Assembly (NCBI GenBank): GCA_049513715.1
Contig: JBEKVV010000002.1
Location: forward strand, 384,001-448,000
Source of the DNA: Candidatus Bathyarchaeia archaeon
GTDB taxonomy: Archaea; Thermoproteota; Bathyarchaeia; 40CM-2-53-6
Direction of reading: 5' to 3'
Length of the DNA: 64,000 bases
Of this stretch, positions 1-10,060 are shown piece after piece. The position numbers and the translations under genes were made by a program. A model generated the notes under the pieces. That model did no database searches and was not told the origin of the DNA. It saw only the letters and a list, made by a program, of their open reading frames with translations. Every line of letters begins with the position of its first letter. The first letter of the stretch is position 1.

Positions 1-2
1 AG

Positions 3-1112
3 CACCTGTTAGCTAAGGTATTCATTAAGTCGGGTGACGTTGTTCCGACGAATTACCATTTCACAACAACCAAGGCCCATATCGAGCTTCCGGGGGCAGC
101 TTGTCTCGAGATATACTACGACGGCGCTTTGAAGACTGAGAGTTCGAATCCTTTCAAAGGTAACATGGACCCGCAGAAGCTGCGGGACGTGATCAAGAAA
201 TATGGGAAAGAGAAAGTAGCGTTTGTTCGGATGGAAGCAACAACCAACCTGATTGGCGGACAGCCATTTTCTATGGCGAACTTGAAAGAGATCAAGCAGA
301 TTTGCAATGAACACGGCCTGCTTCTGGTTCTGGATGGAAGTCTAATCTGCGAGAATGCTTACCTGATCATGCAACGAGAGAAAGGTTACCAAGATAAGAC
401 CGTCGCCGAGATTGTTCGAGAGATTTGCAGTTTTCCAGATGTGTTCTACATGAGCGGCAGGAAGAACACCTCTGTGCGGGGGGGCATGATTGGGACGAAC
501 AACAAGGAGCTATTCGATAAGATCAGGCCTTGGCTACCTGTCTATGAGGGCTTCTACACGTACGGTGGCATGTCAATGAGAGAAATCGGAGCCATGGCTG
601 TTGGGGTCAGAGAGATGGTGGATCCAACAGTTGCGGGTTGCTCAGTGGAGCAGATCAAGTACTTCGTCAACAGGCTCCTTGAAACTGGGATTCCAGTGGT
701 GACTCCGCCAGGGGGACTGGCCTGTCATCTGGATGCGATGAAATTCCTACCACACATCCCTCAGAGTCAATATCCTGCGGGGGCGTTGTCGTCGGCTCTC
801 TACATAGCCTCCGGGATAAGGAGCATGGAAAGGGGGACCGTTTCAATGGACAGAGACAAGCAGGGGAAGGAAGTCATGGCCGACATAGAACTAACAAGGA
901 TTGCGCTTCCAAGGAGGGTCTATACGATATCACACATCGAGTATGCCATTGACAGGATTAACTGGTTGTACAAGCACAGGGATCTCGTTAAGGGCCTAAA
1001 GTTCGTTTGGGAACCGCCGGTGCTCAGGTTCTTCGACGGGAGAATGGAACCCCTAGGAGACTGGGGAAGGAACCTAGGTGCAGCGTTCAGGAAAGAAATA
1101 GGCAATAACTGA
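3..1112 (+). CDS. tnaA: Tryptophanase / tyrosine phenol-lyase family PLP enzyme (5'-truncated by window edge)
   Basis: Frame is open from position 3 (..VPTNYHFTTTKAHIE..). Motifs PFKGNMD, GGQPFS, MSGRK (PLP lysine), YEGFYTYGG, ERG, RIALPRRVYT and LRFF are present. Confidence 0.85.
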   Translation, partial: HLLAKVFIKSGDVVPTNYHFTTTKAHIELPGAACLEIYYDGALKTESSNPFKGNMDPQKLRDVIKKYGKEKVAFVRMEATTNLIGGQPFSMANLKEIKQICNEHGLLLVLDGSLICENAYLIMQREKGYQDKTVAEIVREICSFPDVFYMSGRKNTSVRGGMIGTNNKELFDKIRPWLPVYEGFYTYGGMSMREIGAMAVGVREMVDPTVAGCSVEQIKYFVNRLLETGIPVVTPPGGLACHLDAMKFLPHIPQSQYPAGALSSALYIASGIRSMERGTVSMDRDKQGKEVMADIELTRIALPRRVYTISHIEYAIDRINWLYKHRDLVKGLKFVWEPPVLRFFDGRMEPLGDWGRNLGAAFRKEIGNN

Positions 1113-1225
1113 TTCCGTCTTATGCGCTCACGTTTGCGGCGGCAAGTAGCTAGCTAGCGGAGCCCAGAAGATTATTCTCTAGTATGAGGAAACTATTTCC
1201 AATAGTGGTCCGAGGGATACCAACG

Positions 1226-1552
1226 ATGCGAATTCGTTTCCTCTACTTTGACGAATGCCCTTCACATGAAGAGGCGCTTCAACGGCTAATGCAGGTTATG
1301 GAGAAGGAAAGTATCATGACAAAGGTCGAGGTGATTAGGATAAACACCGAAGAGCAGGCCGTTGAGCTACGTTTTCCTGGGTCGCCCACGATTTTCATAG
1401 ACGGCGAAGATATTGACCCATCCGCAGAGCCACATCATGCATTGGCGTGTCGAGCATACAGACTCGAGGACGGGCGTATATCGCCACTTCCTTCCATCGG
1501 CATGATTCGAAGGGCATTGCAGCTCGCGAAGAGGAGAAGCGCGCTTAAGTAG
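1226..1552 (+). CDS. Thioredoxin-fold protein (DUF2703 / alkylmercury lyase N-terminal-like)
   Basis: LYFDECPSH and FPGSPTIFIDGEDID..LACRAY motifs. ATG at 1226 is preferred over 1184. Confidence 0.7.
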   Translation: MRIRFLYFDECPSHEEALQRLMQVMEKESIMTKVEVIRINTEEQAVELRFPGSPTIFIDGEDIDPSAEPHHALACRAYRLEDGRISPLPSIGMIRRALQLAKRRSALK

Positions 1553-1600
1553 AGGGCATAGCTCGCTTGTTTTCCCGGCATAAAAGAGGGAGATACAATC

Positions 1601-2134
1601 GTGGTCAGCCTTAATGTTGGCAACAAGGCGATAACCTTCAGCCTTCCCGGTATAGATGGCAAGCAGCATTCACTGGATGATTACCGAGGGAAAGAGGTAG
1701 TTGCCGTAATTTTCAGTTGCAACCACTGTCCGTATGTTCGGGCTTGGGAGGACCGCATGGTGAAGATTCAATCAGATTATGTTGACAAAGGAGTCCAACT
1801 GATCGCGATAAATGCCAATGACGCTACGAAGTACCCTGACGATAGCTTCGCTAAGATGAAAGAGCGGGCCCGCGAGAAGAACTTCAACTTCCCGTACTTG
1901 TACGACGAACCCCAAGAAATTGCGCGCGCTTACGGTGCTGAACGGACACCTGAGGTTTTCGTTTTCAGTAAAGACGGAGTCTTGCGGTACCATGGTGCAA
2001 TTGATGACAACTACGATGATCCCGCAGCCGTTAAAAGCCAGTACCTCAGAGATGCTCTCGATGCCGTGTTGGCTCGAAAACCTGCTCCAGTCGCGGAAAC
2101 TAAGGCGGTCGGCTGCACCATAAAATGGAAATGA
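1601..2134 (+). CDS. Thioredoxin/peroxiredoxin-like (AhpC/TSA, PRX-like1) protein
   Basis: FSCNHCPYV, INAND..YPDDS, TPEVFVF, GCTIKWK. Confidence 0.9.
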   Translation: MVSLNVGNKAITFSLPGIDGKQHSLDDYRGKEVVAVIFSCNHCPYVRAWEDRMVKIQSDYVDKGVQLIAINANDATKYPDDSFAKMKERAREKNFNFPYLYDEPQEIARAYGAERTPEVFVFSKDGVLRYHGAIDDNYDDPAAVKSQYLRDALDAVLARKPAPVAETKAVGCTIKWK

Positions 2135-2244
2135 TCAAGCTCTCACTTGGCCCCATCGTAAGGCAACATGTAATCCACACAATAATACCGACACGGCAAC
2201 CAATCGGCATCAAAGAAATATTCCCCTAGCAGAGAAACCAGCAG

Positions 2245-2934
2245 TCATGTTTTGCCCTGCAGGCGTTTTTGAACCGCAGGGCTCTTCAACTCTCGGAGCG
2301 CGTCACTCGCAATCCAATGAGCAGATTTCGATTTCATTTTGCCAATTTCCCTCGCAGCCTTGACAGCATCTCGGTTCAAGCCGCGGTTCCGTTTCCCTAT
2401 TTGCCTCAAAGCCCAGTTGACCGCCTTCCTAACAAAATTCCGGTCGTCGTCAGATTCCCTTTTGATTATGACGAGGAATTTTCGGAACTTTGAGTCTGGA
2501 GCATTCTCATCATGAACCGCCAACGCTGCCATGAGTGTAAACCCCGCACGCTTTACGAACTCCTCTCGCCGAGCAGACCATTCAACAGCTTTCCCGTAAG
2601 CCAGCTCGGCCTTGTCGAAGAGGTTGCTGCAAACTTGGTCGCACACGTCCCAAGAATCAAAGGCCTTTACCCATTCCTCCATTTGACGGTCGGTGACCTT
2701 TGAAGGGTCATCGATCATTGCCGCCAAGATTCTGGCTTCGTGGATGCCGGACTCCCAAAGCTGCTTCGACAGCAGATGATCTGTTCCAACCTCCTTCGCC
2801 ATTTTCCTCAGGACAGGAATCGAAATGCCGTAGGTGTTGCTAGGATTGATGCCAAACCTAGCCATTCCCGCAACATTACTCGGATTCGATTGAGACTTTA
2901 GTTCGCGGAGAATCTCGGTGGCATCCATGAACAC
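2245..2934 (-). CDS. DNA alkylation repair protein (AlkD-like HEAT repeat)
   Basis: YGISIPVLRK, FDSWDVCD, VRKAVNWALRQIGKRN. Confidence 0.9.
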   Translation of the reverse strand: MFMDATEILRELKSQSNPSNVAGMARFGINPSNTYGISIPVLRKMAKEVGTDHLLSKQLWESGIHEARILAAMIDDPSKVTDRQMEEWVKAFDSWDVCDQVCSNLFDKAELAYGKAVEWSARREEFVKRAGFTLMAALAVHDENAPDSKFRKFLVIIKRESDDDRNFVRKAVNWALRQIGKRNRGLNRDAVKAAREIGKMKSKSAHWIASDALRELKSPAVQKRLQGKT

Positions 2935-3060
2935 GTGACCTTGAGTATGTTTGTACAGCGAGTATTTTTCTTTGAAGGCGCGTCACGAGCAATTGCTATG
3001 TGCGAGGAATGAAAGCCATAAATATGTTGACGGAAAAAAGCCGGCGCCAGTGACCTTCTT

Positions 3061-3717
3061 TTGGTGCCTAGCGTAGCGAGGGCGAAGTTAGGCAACTGGG
3101 AATTCATAGTGCACTCAGGAAGTTCAAACGTCGGCGTAGTCTTGATTCATGAAATCTTTGGGCTCGATGAATACGTTGACTCAGTAGCTGCGCAACTCGC
3201 CAAAGCTGGGTTCTGGTCTGCGGCTGTTGACATGTATCAGGGAAAACATGCCTCCAGCCTTGAGGAGGCGTTCAAACTGCGACAGTCACTGACGGAACCG
3301 CAGATTCTAGACAGTTTGAGCTCCGGCGCACAATTGCTCCGCAGCAGAATAGGTGTCAATGGCAAAATCGGCACGATGGGTTTCTGCATGGGAGGCGGCT
3401 TCGCACTTCTAGGTGCCTGCGGCCTCGACCTAGATTTCTGTGTCGACTACTACGGCCTCATCGAAAACCCAGACAAAGCGCAAGGTCTGAAGGGGCCGGT
3501 CCTATTGATGTTGGGGTCGGAGGATGAAAGGGTCACGCCTTGGGCGTTTAGCCAATTCCTCCCCGCCGCCATGAAATACAAGAAACGCGTTGACGTCCAC
3601 CTCTATCCGAACGCGAAACACGCATTTCATAGGCCTGATTGGGAGGGGCACAATCATGAAGCCGCTGAAGACGCCTGGGCCAAGACATTGGCTTTTCTTT
3701 CACAATTCCAGATGTAG
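3061..3717 (+). CDS. Dienelactone hydrolase family protein
   Basis: HEIFGL, GFCMGG nucleophile elbow, YPNAKHAF. Confidence 0.9.
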   Translation: MVPSVARAKLGNWEFIVHSGSSNVGVVLIHEIFGLDEYVDSVAAQLAKAGFWSAAVDMYQGKHASSLEEAFKLRQSLTEPQILDSLSSGAQLLRSRIGVNGKIGTMGFCMGGGFALLGACGLDLDFCVDYYGLIENPDKAQGLKGPVLLMLGSEDERVTPWAFSQFLPAAMKYKKRVDVHLYPNAKHAFHRPDWEGHNHEAAEDAWAKTLAFLSQFQM

Positions 3718-3735
3718 ATGCCAGTTCACGTTGGC

Positions 3736-4332
3736 TCACTGTTTGGCATTCATGATGCGCTCCAACCTGTGTGGAATTTCGTCCCATCTTTGAACCCTAA
3801 GAATCCTTGGCATGGCAGGAGCGTTCTGATTCCACGGTTGAGAGTACAGGATTCCGCCCCGGTCTAAGCTTGATGCTAGAAGAACCATGAGCTCCTCCGC
3901 GTCGTCGACAAAAATGTCGTAATTCAGAGTCGCTTTCGCCTTTGTGTTTTCGGTTCGCACAAAATCATCATACTTGATCCCCTGCTGGTGGAGCCAAGAG
4001 ATCGCAGGCTGCACCGTTTCTGGACTTCGGCCAGTGACAATATCGATCTTCCCGAACCTCTTCAACTTGCCAACTTTGAAGGCAAGGTTTTCCTCAGTTG
4101 GCGGGATCGTTCCCCACTCGAACCACGCCTCATCCATCGTCCTAAAGAATTCCTCTTTGGTTATGTGCACTGTTTCCCACGCATGCCATTGTACAAATGA
4201 TTTCGGTGTGAGGTGCTTACCGTGGCGCTTGTTGAGAATTGAACAGAGAGACACGATGGTGTCTGCTAGGACGCCGTCCAAGTCCACCGCAATCCGCATG
4301 CTGAATCTCACCGTAAGACGAGTTGGTCGCAC
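3736..4332 (-). CDS. HAD-superfamily 5'(3')-deoxyribonucleotidase-like hydrolase
   Basis: IAVDLDGVLAD motif I, IVTGR, FVDD and QPWN. Start is probably the internal Met (MRIAVD). Confidence 0.8.
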   Translation of the reverse strand: MRPTRLTVRFSMRIAVDLDGVLADTIVSLCSILNKRHGKHLTPKSFVQWHAWETVHITKEEFFRTMDEAWFEWGTIPPTEENLAFKVGKLKRFGKIDIVTGRSPETVQPAISWLHQQGIKYDDFVRTENTKAKATLNYDIFVDDAEELMVLLASSLDRGGILYSQPWNQNAPAMPRILRVQRWDEIPHRLERIMNAKQ

Positions 4333-4370
4333 CGGTCAATACTAGAAACTGTTCGAGGGAAAGTGTTCTC

Positions 4371-4895
4371 CTACTTCTGGTTTAGAAAACCCTCGGCCTT
4401 CAATCGCTCAATCGTCTGCTCCAAAGCAGCTAAGGGGAGTGCGAGTTCCTTGGAGGCTTGGGAGAGGGAGATTGTTCCATCGTGGGCCACGATATAGTCG
4501 AGCACCTTCTGATCGCCGACCTCGGAGTTGCTAGTGGTTCGACTTGGAGGGTTGGTCTGAGGAGCAGCAAACTTGGCTCCGCATCTAGGGCACACAGTGA
4601 TGCCAAGTGGAAAAACCAGACCGCACATTGCACAAATTCCTTGTGTGGGTGTTGGTGGGTAGGTTATGAAGCGCTGCACGGCTGTTTTTCTGCCCGCCTC
4701 AAGGATGTTTAGTACTTTGTTGGAGAGGGTTTTTTCCCAGTCGATGATTGTTTCCTTCACCGTGCGGCGTGTGTGTGGAAAGCCGCAAAAGTCGCATGTG
4801 TACCTGTAGCCATCGTACCTCAAAACATAGCCGCAGCGCGGGCAACGCCCTACAGGTTGCAATAGGATTTCCAGTGTGGACTGGTCATCTGCCAT
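4371..4895 (-). CDS. Hypothetical protein with zinc ribbons and a C-terminal HTH
   Basis: CPRC/CDFC and CAMC/CPRC pairs; C-terminal helix-turn-helix-like segment. Confidence 0.6.
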   Translation of the reverse strand: MADDQSTLEILLQPVGRCPRCGYVLRYDGYRYTCDFCGFPHTRRTVKETIIDWEKTLSNKVLNILEAGRKTAVQRFITYPPTPTQGICAMCGLVFPLGITVCPRCGAKFAAPQTNPPSRTTSNSEVGDQKVLDYIVAHDGTISLSQASKELALPLAALEQTIERLKAEGFLNQK

Positions 4896-4927
4896 CTTAT
4901 TGGTTTTCTGGCCTGCAATCCACCATA

Positions 4928-6370
4928 CTAAGGCATGGATTCCAATCTCACGACATCCCGGTGGACACGCAATAGGTACTCGTCAGTCGTCAGGTTGCGT
5001 GATTTGGCTATCTTCCTGATGGCGTTCTCCACTCCGGTACCATGCTGGATTGCCTTCTTTCGTTTCCATACAGTTTCTTCAGGTAAGCCAAGTCGCTTGG
5101 CAACGTCGCGGAGAACCCACTTCCGAGTTAGGTCGTTGCCAGGTTTAACCTTGAGTTCGGTGGGGATCCCGAGCGAGAACGTGATAACTTCTCGGTCGGC
5201 GAATGGGGTTCGCAGCTCAACTCCGGATGGGGCAGTGGCTTGGTCGTCTCTTTCGTAGTTTACTTCAGAGGCCTGAAGCACACTGCGGTACAGCTCCGCT
5301 CTTAGTGCTTTGGGGCCTTTCTCGTCGAGAGTTCGTGCGTACTTGTAGTAGCCGCCGTATAACTCGTCGCTTCCTTGCCCACATAACATGACATTGTAGC
5401 CACGTTTGGCCGCGACCATGGCTGCCCAGTGTAGTGGAACGGCAATGCTCACCTTCATCAAGTTCGGCTCCTCGATCAGCCAAATTACTCTCTGAACATA
5501 TTCCTCAAGCATGTCCGGAGCGTAGGTCTCCAATGTGAGCTGAAGGCCCAGGTCCTTCGCACATCTGTCAGCTGTTGAAAGTTCGGATGATCCTGGGAGC
5601 CCTACGCTGATGAGTTCAACATTTCGGCCAGCGATTTTTGCAAGCTTGGCAGTTACGGCACTGTCCAAACCGCCAGAGAAAGCCACAGCAACTCTGTCAA
5701 CATTCCTAGTGACTCTTCGGATTGATTTCGCCAAGAGGGTAGAGAGTCTCGAAGATGCGCTCGAAAGGGTCAAAGGCATTTCTCGCGGGAGGCGTGGTGG
5801 GCTGCCAACTGGAACCCTAGTCAGTTTTCGGTGAGCTGTTGAGTAGAGCTGGCCGGGGTGAACCCGTTCCGTCTCTTTCAACCCGATTTTCCAAAGAGCC
5901 TTCCTCTCCGAGGCAAAGGCCACGGTTCCTTGGTAATGCGAAACGTAGAGTGGCTTCAGTCCATTCATATCCCGGAATGCTAACGCGCCTTTTCCGCTAA
6001 GAATCAAGCAGGAATACCCCCCCGCCCTTCCAAGAAGGCTGGCCACGGTCGATCTCACGGAACGGTGTTTGAACTGATCACGAACAAAGCGGGCTTGTGA
6101 GCTCTCCCTCGTCTCAAAGAAGGAACCATCAACGGCCACAGCACGTTCCTGTGATGCAGCGATTCTTGCTTCTGGATTCTGGTGTGATGCGCAACCGATT
6201 GCTGCTTGCGGGTCACTTGGGATGGTTGGTTCCAGGGAAGCGGTCCCTGTTTGTGTTCCTCGATGTTTCATCGTTCGCAACATTTCTTCAATGAGGCCCG
6301 TTGCGTCTCCCATCTCTTCGCAGACGATTCCCGCAACGGCACCCAAGTCTAATCGCCCCCGCTCTGCCAT
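4928..6370 (-). CDS. asnB: Asparagine synthetase B family protein
   Basis: HRG, RD..G.KPLY, FASERKAL, AFSGGLDS PP-loop, GQGSDELYGGY, ELRTPF. Confidence 0.85.
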   Translation of the reverse strand: MAERGRLDLGAVAGIVCEEMGDATGLIEEMLRTMKHRGTQTGTASLEPTIPSDPQAAIGCASHQNPEARIAASQERAVAVDGSFFETRESSQARFVRDQFKHRSVRSTVASLLGRAGGYSCLILSGKGALAFRDMNGLKPLYVSHYQGTVAFASERKALWKIGLKETERVHPGQLYSTAHRKLTRVPVGSPPRLPREMPLTLSSASSRLSTLLAKSIRRVTRNVDRVAVAFSGGLDSAVTAKLAKIAGRNVELISVGLPGSSELSTADRCAKDLGLQLTLETYAPDMLEEYVQRVIWLIEEPNLMKVSIAVPLHWAAMVAAKRGYNVMLCGQGSDELYGGYYKYARTLDEKGPKALRAELYRSVLQASEVNYERDDQATAPSGVELRTPFADREVITFSLGIPTELKVKPGNDLTRKWVLRDVAKRLGLPEETVWKRKKAIQHGTGVENAIRKIAKSRNLTTDEYLLRVHRDVVRLESMP

Positions 6371-6418
6371 GTTGTTTTATATCAATTGCTAATGTTAGGT
6401 TGACTTCGGGTCTAGCGC

Positions 6419-7789
6419 TTGCCGATTTTGCCGATTGATACAGGCCGATATGGGAGCCCCGAAATGCGCGCGATATTCGACGAGGACATGCGTTTTCAAA
6501 AAATGCTGGACGTCGAAGCGGCCCTTGCTTGGGCCAGAGCCGAGGTTGGTGACATTCCCCGAGAGGCAGCTGATTATATTGGAAAACATGCGTCGACGAA
6601 GCATGTCCCGTTGAAGCGAATCTATGAGATTGAGAAAGTTACGGCCCATGAAACGATGGCCCTTGTCGAGGCACTGGCCGAGGTCTCAGGCGAAAGCGGT
6701 AGATACGTACACCTAGGTGCAACATCTTCAGACATATTGGACACCGGACTCGCCCTCCAAATGAAAGAAGGGTTGGTGATAATCACAACTCGACTTGACC
6801 GGCTTGAGGAGGTTCTTCTTGAACTTACGAAGCGGTACCGAGACACTCTGATGATTGGAAGGACGCATGGTCAACATGCCCTTCCAATGACTCTTGGTTT
6901 AAAGTTCGCAGTTTGGCTTCGCGAAATCAGCAGGCACGGTGAGCGCCTCGCCCAGTGCAGGCAGCGGGTTCTGGTCGGCAAAATGAGTGGCGCCATCGGG
7001 ACAATGGCAGGTTTTGGGAAAAACGCCCAGCAAATTCAGGACTTGACAATGAAACGGTTGGGGCTTCGGGGAGCCGAGGTCACGAGTCAGATTGTGCAAA
7101 GGGATCGTTACGCGGAAGTAGTCTGCGTTTTCGCAATGATCGCAAGTTCGCTGGACAAGTTTGCCACAGAAATAAGGAACTTGCAGAGGCCTGAGATCGA
7201 CGAGTTGGCAGAGCCCTTCGAAGTCGGGAAACAGGTGGGGAGTTCAGCAATGCCACAGAAGAAGAACCCCTGGCGGAGCGAAAACGTCTCGAGCCTAGCC
7301 AAGATAGCGCGGAGCTTAGTTGGCCCTGCGCTGGAGGGCATTGTTACATGGCATGAGCGTGATCTATCTCAATCCGCGTCGGAGAGGTTTGTGATTCCAG
7401 AAGCTTTCATCATAGCAGACCACATGCTCGGCTCAATGACGCACATTCTGAGCGGGCTGTATGTTAACGAAGGCCGTATACAAGAGAATCTGATGAAGTA
7501 CAAAGATCCAATGATGTCGGAATCAGTGATGATTACCCTGGTCAATAAGGGCATGTCTCGCCAAGACGCGCATAGGCTTGTACAGCAACTGGTGTTCGAA
7601 AGTATCGAGAAGCACAGAAGCTTCACGGAAACGTTGCTCGCTAACTCGGCGGTGAACAAGTACTTGAAGAAGCACGATGTTGATTCGGCCCTCGATCCCA
7701 AGTCCTACATTGGAATGTCGTGCCAGCTGATTGACGGCGCGGTTCAGAAGACGATTGCTGAACGAAAGGCGCGTGGACTCTCGGCCTAG
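6419..7789 (+). CDS. purB: Adenylosuccinate lyase
   Basis: VHLGATSSD, GRTHGQHA, GSSAMPQKKNP fumarase/ASL signature. Confidence 0.95.
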   Translation: MPILPIDTGRYGSPEMRAIFDEDMRFQKMLDVEAALAWARAEVGDIPREAADYIGKHASTKHVPLKRIYEIEKVTAHETMALVEALAEVSGESGRYVHLGATSSDILDTGLALQMKEGLVIITTRLDRLEEVLLELTKRYRDTLMIGRTHGQHALPMTLGLKFAVWLREISRHGERLAQCRQRVLVGKMSGAIGTMAGFGKNAQQIQDLTMKRLGLRGAEVTSQIVQRDRYAEVVCVFAMIASSLDKFATEIRNLQRPEIDELAEPFEVGKQVGSSAMPQKKNPWRSENVSSLAKIARSLVGPALEGIVTWHERDLSQSASERFVIPEAFIIADHMLGSMTHILSGLYVNEGRIQENLMKYKDPMMSESVMITLVNKGMSRQDAHRLVQQLVFESIEKHRSFTETLLANSAVNKYLKKHDVDSALDPKSYIGMSCQLIDGAVQKTIAERKARGLSA

Positions 7790-10044
7790 TAATCCTCTGC
7801 TTCCTTGTAATCTGTAAGTAGGCTCTGCTCAGTAGCTTCGCTCTTAGACTTCAATGCCTCCCATTCATCGGCCTTAATCAATCCCCCAACCTGCTCTTTG
7901 ATCTTCTTAGCCAACGTGGGACCGATGAGTGGGACGTTCATTAGGTCGGTGACTGAAACGTGTTTGAGTTCTTCTATGCTCTTGTAGCCAGCGTTGTATA
8001 GTGACCGCGCCCTTACTCGCCCAACTCCGTCCAGCTCCACGAGGGGGACAAGCTCTGTTTTCACGCCTTTGGCGCATCGGATCTGGAGTTCGTACGTCGG
8101 CTTGAGCAGATCCTTGTGGCCGAAAAGCTCGGCTAACTGGTAGGTCGCGTGCAAAAGCCACTTTGAGGTGTCCACCATTCTCATTATGTCGCCCGGCTCC
8201 ACCTTGTGGACTTCAAGGATGCCGTCCTCGGTGGTTTCGTTGATCCATTCATACAAGACCCTCGCACACTTTATCTCTGAAAGGAACTCCTCGTATGTTA
8301 TTCCATTCGTGTCTCCGTAGTATTCTGGAACTTCGCACATGAACTCATCTTGGTGCTCGCGGGCAAACAGGTCTAACATTTCATCTTCGCCACGGCGAGG
8401 GTAAAGTTTCGGTGCGATGTCAGGTGTCCTTGAAATGAGGTGCAGAAAACTAACTTCGGTGATGTTTTTGGCTCTGGTGTAGAGACCATCCCTCAGAACG
8501 ACCGCTGATACTGGGTCGATGTAGAGTTCTGAGACCCGTCTCCCGAACTTGGTCGCCTTGAGGTCTTGGCCTGCGAATTCCACCATTTGTTCTCGATTCA
8601 GAAAGGACAGGATATCTACGAGCTTTGACTTGATCATCTTTGGGTCGTATTGGAACGCGTAGAAGGTTTTCGCGAAGAACCGTACTAAGCCGTCCTCACT
8701 ATTTGCGAAGCGCGTGGCAATGGTTGCCAGTACATGTGGGCGAAGAACTCTCTCTGCTCCCAGCTTAGACCAGATTCTTTCAGGCTCAGCCATTGCGTAA
8801 TTCTTCATCAGGTAATCTTGTTCATCCTCAGTCTTAGCGATTAGAACGGCTTCTCCGTATTTGTCGTACTTGGGTCGACCCGCCCGCCCACAGAACTGCT
8901 TGTACTCTAAAACGGAAATCGGATACCTGCCATACCCAGGCTCATAACGTTCGTAACTACTGATTATCACGGTTCGAGCGGGAAGGTTGACTCCAGCCGC
9001 TAGGGTAGGAGTGGCGGAAAGGATTTTCAATCGTCCCGTCTTGAAAGCCTCTTCAATGGCCTTTCGGTGCGGCCCTGGAAGGCCAGCATGATGGAACGCG
9101 GCACCATTCAGAACCTGTTCAGCCAGTGTCTCGCCGAGCCTAGTTCGCTCGCCAGCTGAGAGGATCCGTTGGGCAATACCCTCCAGGCTTCGCCGGTCAG
9201 GCTTGGGTGAATACCTCCTCAATAGGGCCGATGCCTTTCTGCCCATTTCCACTGCCAAACGTCTTGTTTCGGCGAAGATGAGTACTTGCCCACCACCGCG
9301 CACGACGTCCAGCGCGGTGTCGAAAACTGGATTCGTGTCTGCTCGGGGAATCACTCTTGAGGAGCCGTCTTTGAATTTGATTTCTCCGTTATGATAAACG
9401 CCTTCACGGAGTGGGACGGGTCTCCATTCAGTTGTAATCGGGTTAGCTTGGAGCCATTCCCCGATTTCTGATGCGTTCTTGACTGTGGCGCTAAGAGCAA
9501 TGAGCTGTATGTTGGGGTTCAGCTTCAGCAATCGCGTAAGAACAACTTCTAGCGTTGGTCCGCGTTCAGCCTCTGTGATTAAGTGAATTTCGTCCGCAAC
9601 CACGACCGAAACATCACCTATCCATGGTGAGCGGTGGCGGAGCAATGAATCCGCCTTCTCATTTGTCGAGATTATGACGTCGTAGTTCGCGAGGTAAATG
9701 TCAGAGCGATCGTAGTCGCCACTGGTGATTGCCACTCTTATCCTTCTACCGGGCGCCTTCTCAATCGTAGTGTACTTTTGAAAATCCTCGTACTTTTCAC
9801 TCGCCAGGGCGCGAAGGGGAGTAAGGTACAGGGCCTTGCCGCCCTTTTCTAGGATCGATTTGAGGATGGCTAGTTCGGCGATGAGAGTTTTTCCCGAGGC
9901 TGTTGGGCTTGCGAGAACTATGTTCTTGCCGTCCAACGCTCCAGCTTTGATTGCGTCTTCCTGAGGAGGGTAGAGCTCATCGTACCCTGCCTTCGCCAGA
10001 ACGGCTTTGACAGCGTCCGGAATGGAGAGTTCCTCGATTCGCAA
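7786..10044 (-). CDS. hel308: Hel308 (Ski2-like) ATP-dependent DNA helicase
   Basis: PTASGKT, DEIH, LSAT, FHHAGL, TLAAGVNLPA, GRAGRP and a C-terminal HhH. Confidence 0.95.
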   Translation of the reverse strand: MRIEELSIPDAVKAVLAKAGYDELYPPQEDAIKAGALDGKNIVLASPTASGKTLIAELAILKSILEKGGKALYLTPLRALASEKYEDFQKYTTIEKAPGRRIRVAITSGDYDRSDIYLANYDVIISTNEKADSLLRHRSPWIGDVSVVVADEIHLITEAERGPTLEVVLTRLLKLNPNIQLIALSATVKNASEIGEWLQANPITTEWRPVPLREGVYHNGEIKFKDGSSRVIPRADTNPVFDTALDVVRGGGQVLIFAETRRLAVEMGRKASALLRRYSPKPDRRSLEGIAQRILSAGERTRLGETLAEQVLNGAAFHHAGLPGPHRKAIEEAFKTGRLKILSATPTLAAGVNLPARTVIISSYERYEPGYGRYPISVLEYKQFCGRAGRPKYDKYGEAVLIAKTEDEQDYLMKNYAMAEPERIWSKLGAERVLRPHVLATIATRFANSEDGLVRFFAKTFYAFQYDPKMIKSKLVDILSFLNREQMVEFAGQDLKATKFGRRVSELYIDPVSAVVLRDGLYTRAKNITEVSFLHLISRTPDIAPKLYPRRGEDEMLDLFAREHQDEFMCEVPEYYGDTNGITYEEFLSEIKCARVLYEWINETTEDGILEVHKVEPGDIMRMVDTSKWLLHATYQLAELFGHKDLLKPTYELQIRCAKGVKTELVPLVELDGVGRVRARSLYNAGYKSIEELKHVSVTDLMNVPLIGPTLAKKIKEQVGGLIKADEWEALKSKSEATEQSLLTDYKEAEDY

Positions 10045-10060
10045 AGCGGGGATGCTTCTG

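Noticed and set aside
1184..2134. Selenoprotein readthrough in the thioredoxin-like genes
   Set aside because: No in-frame TGA at the redox Cys positions.
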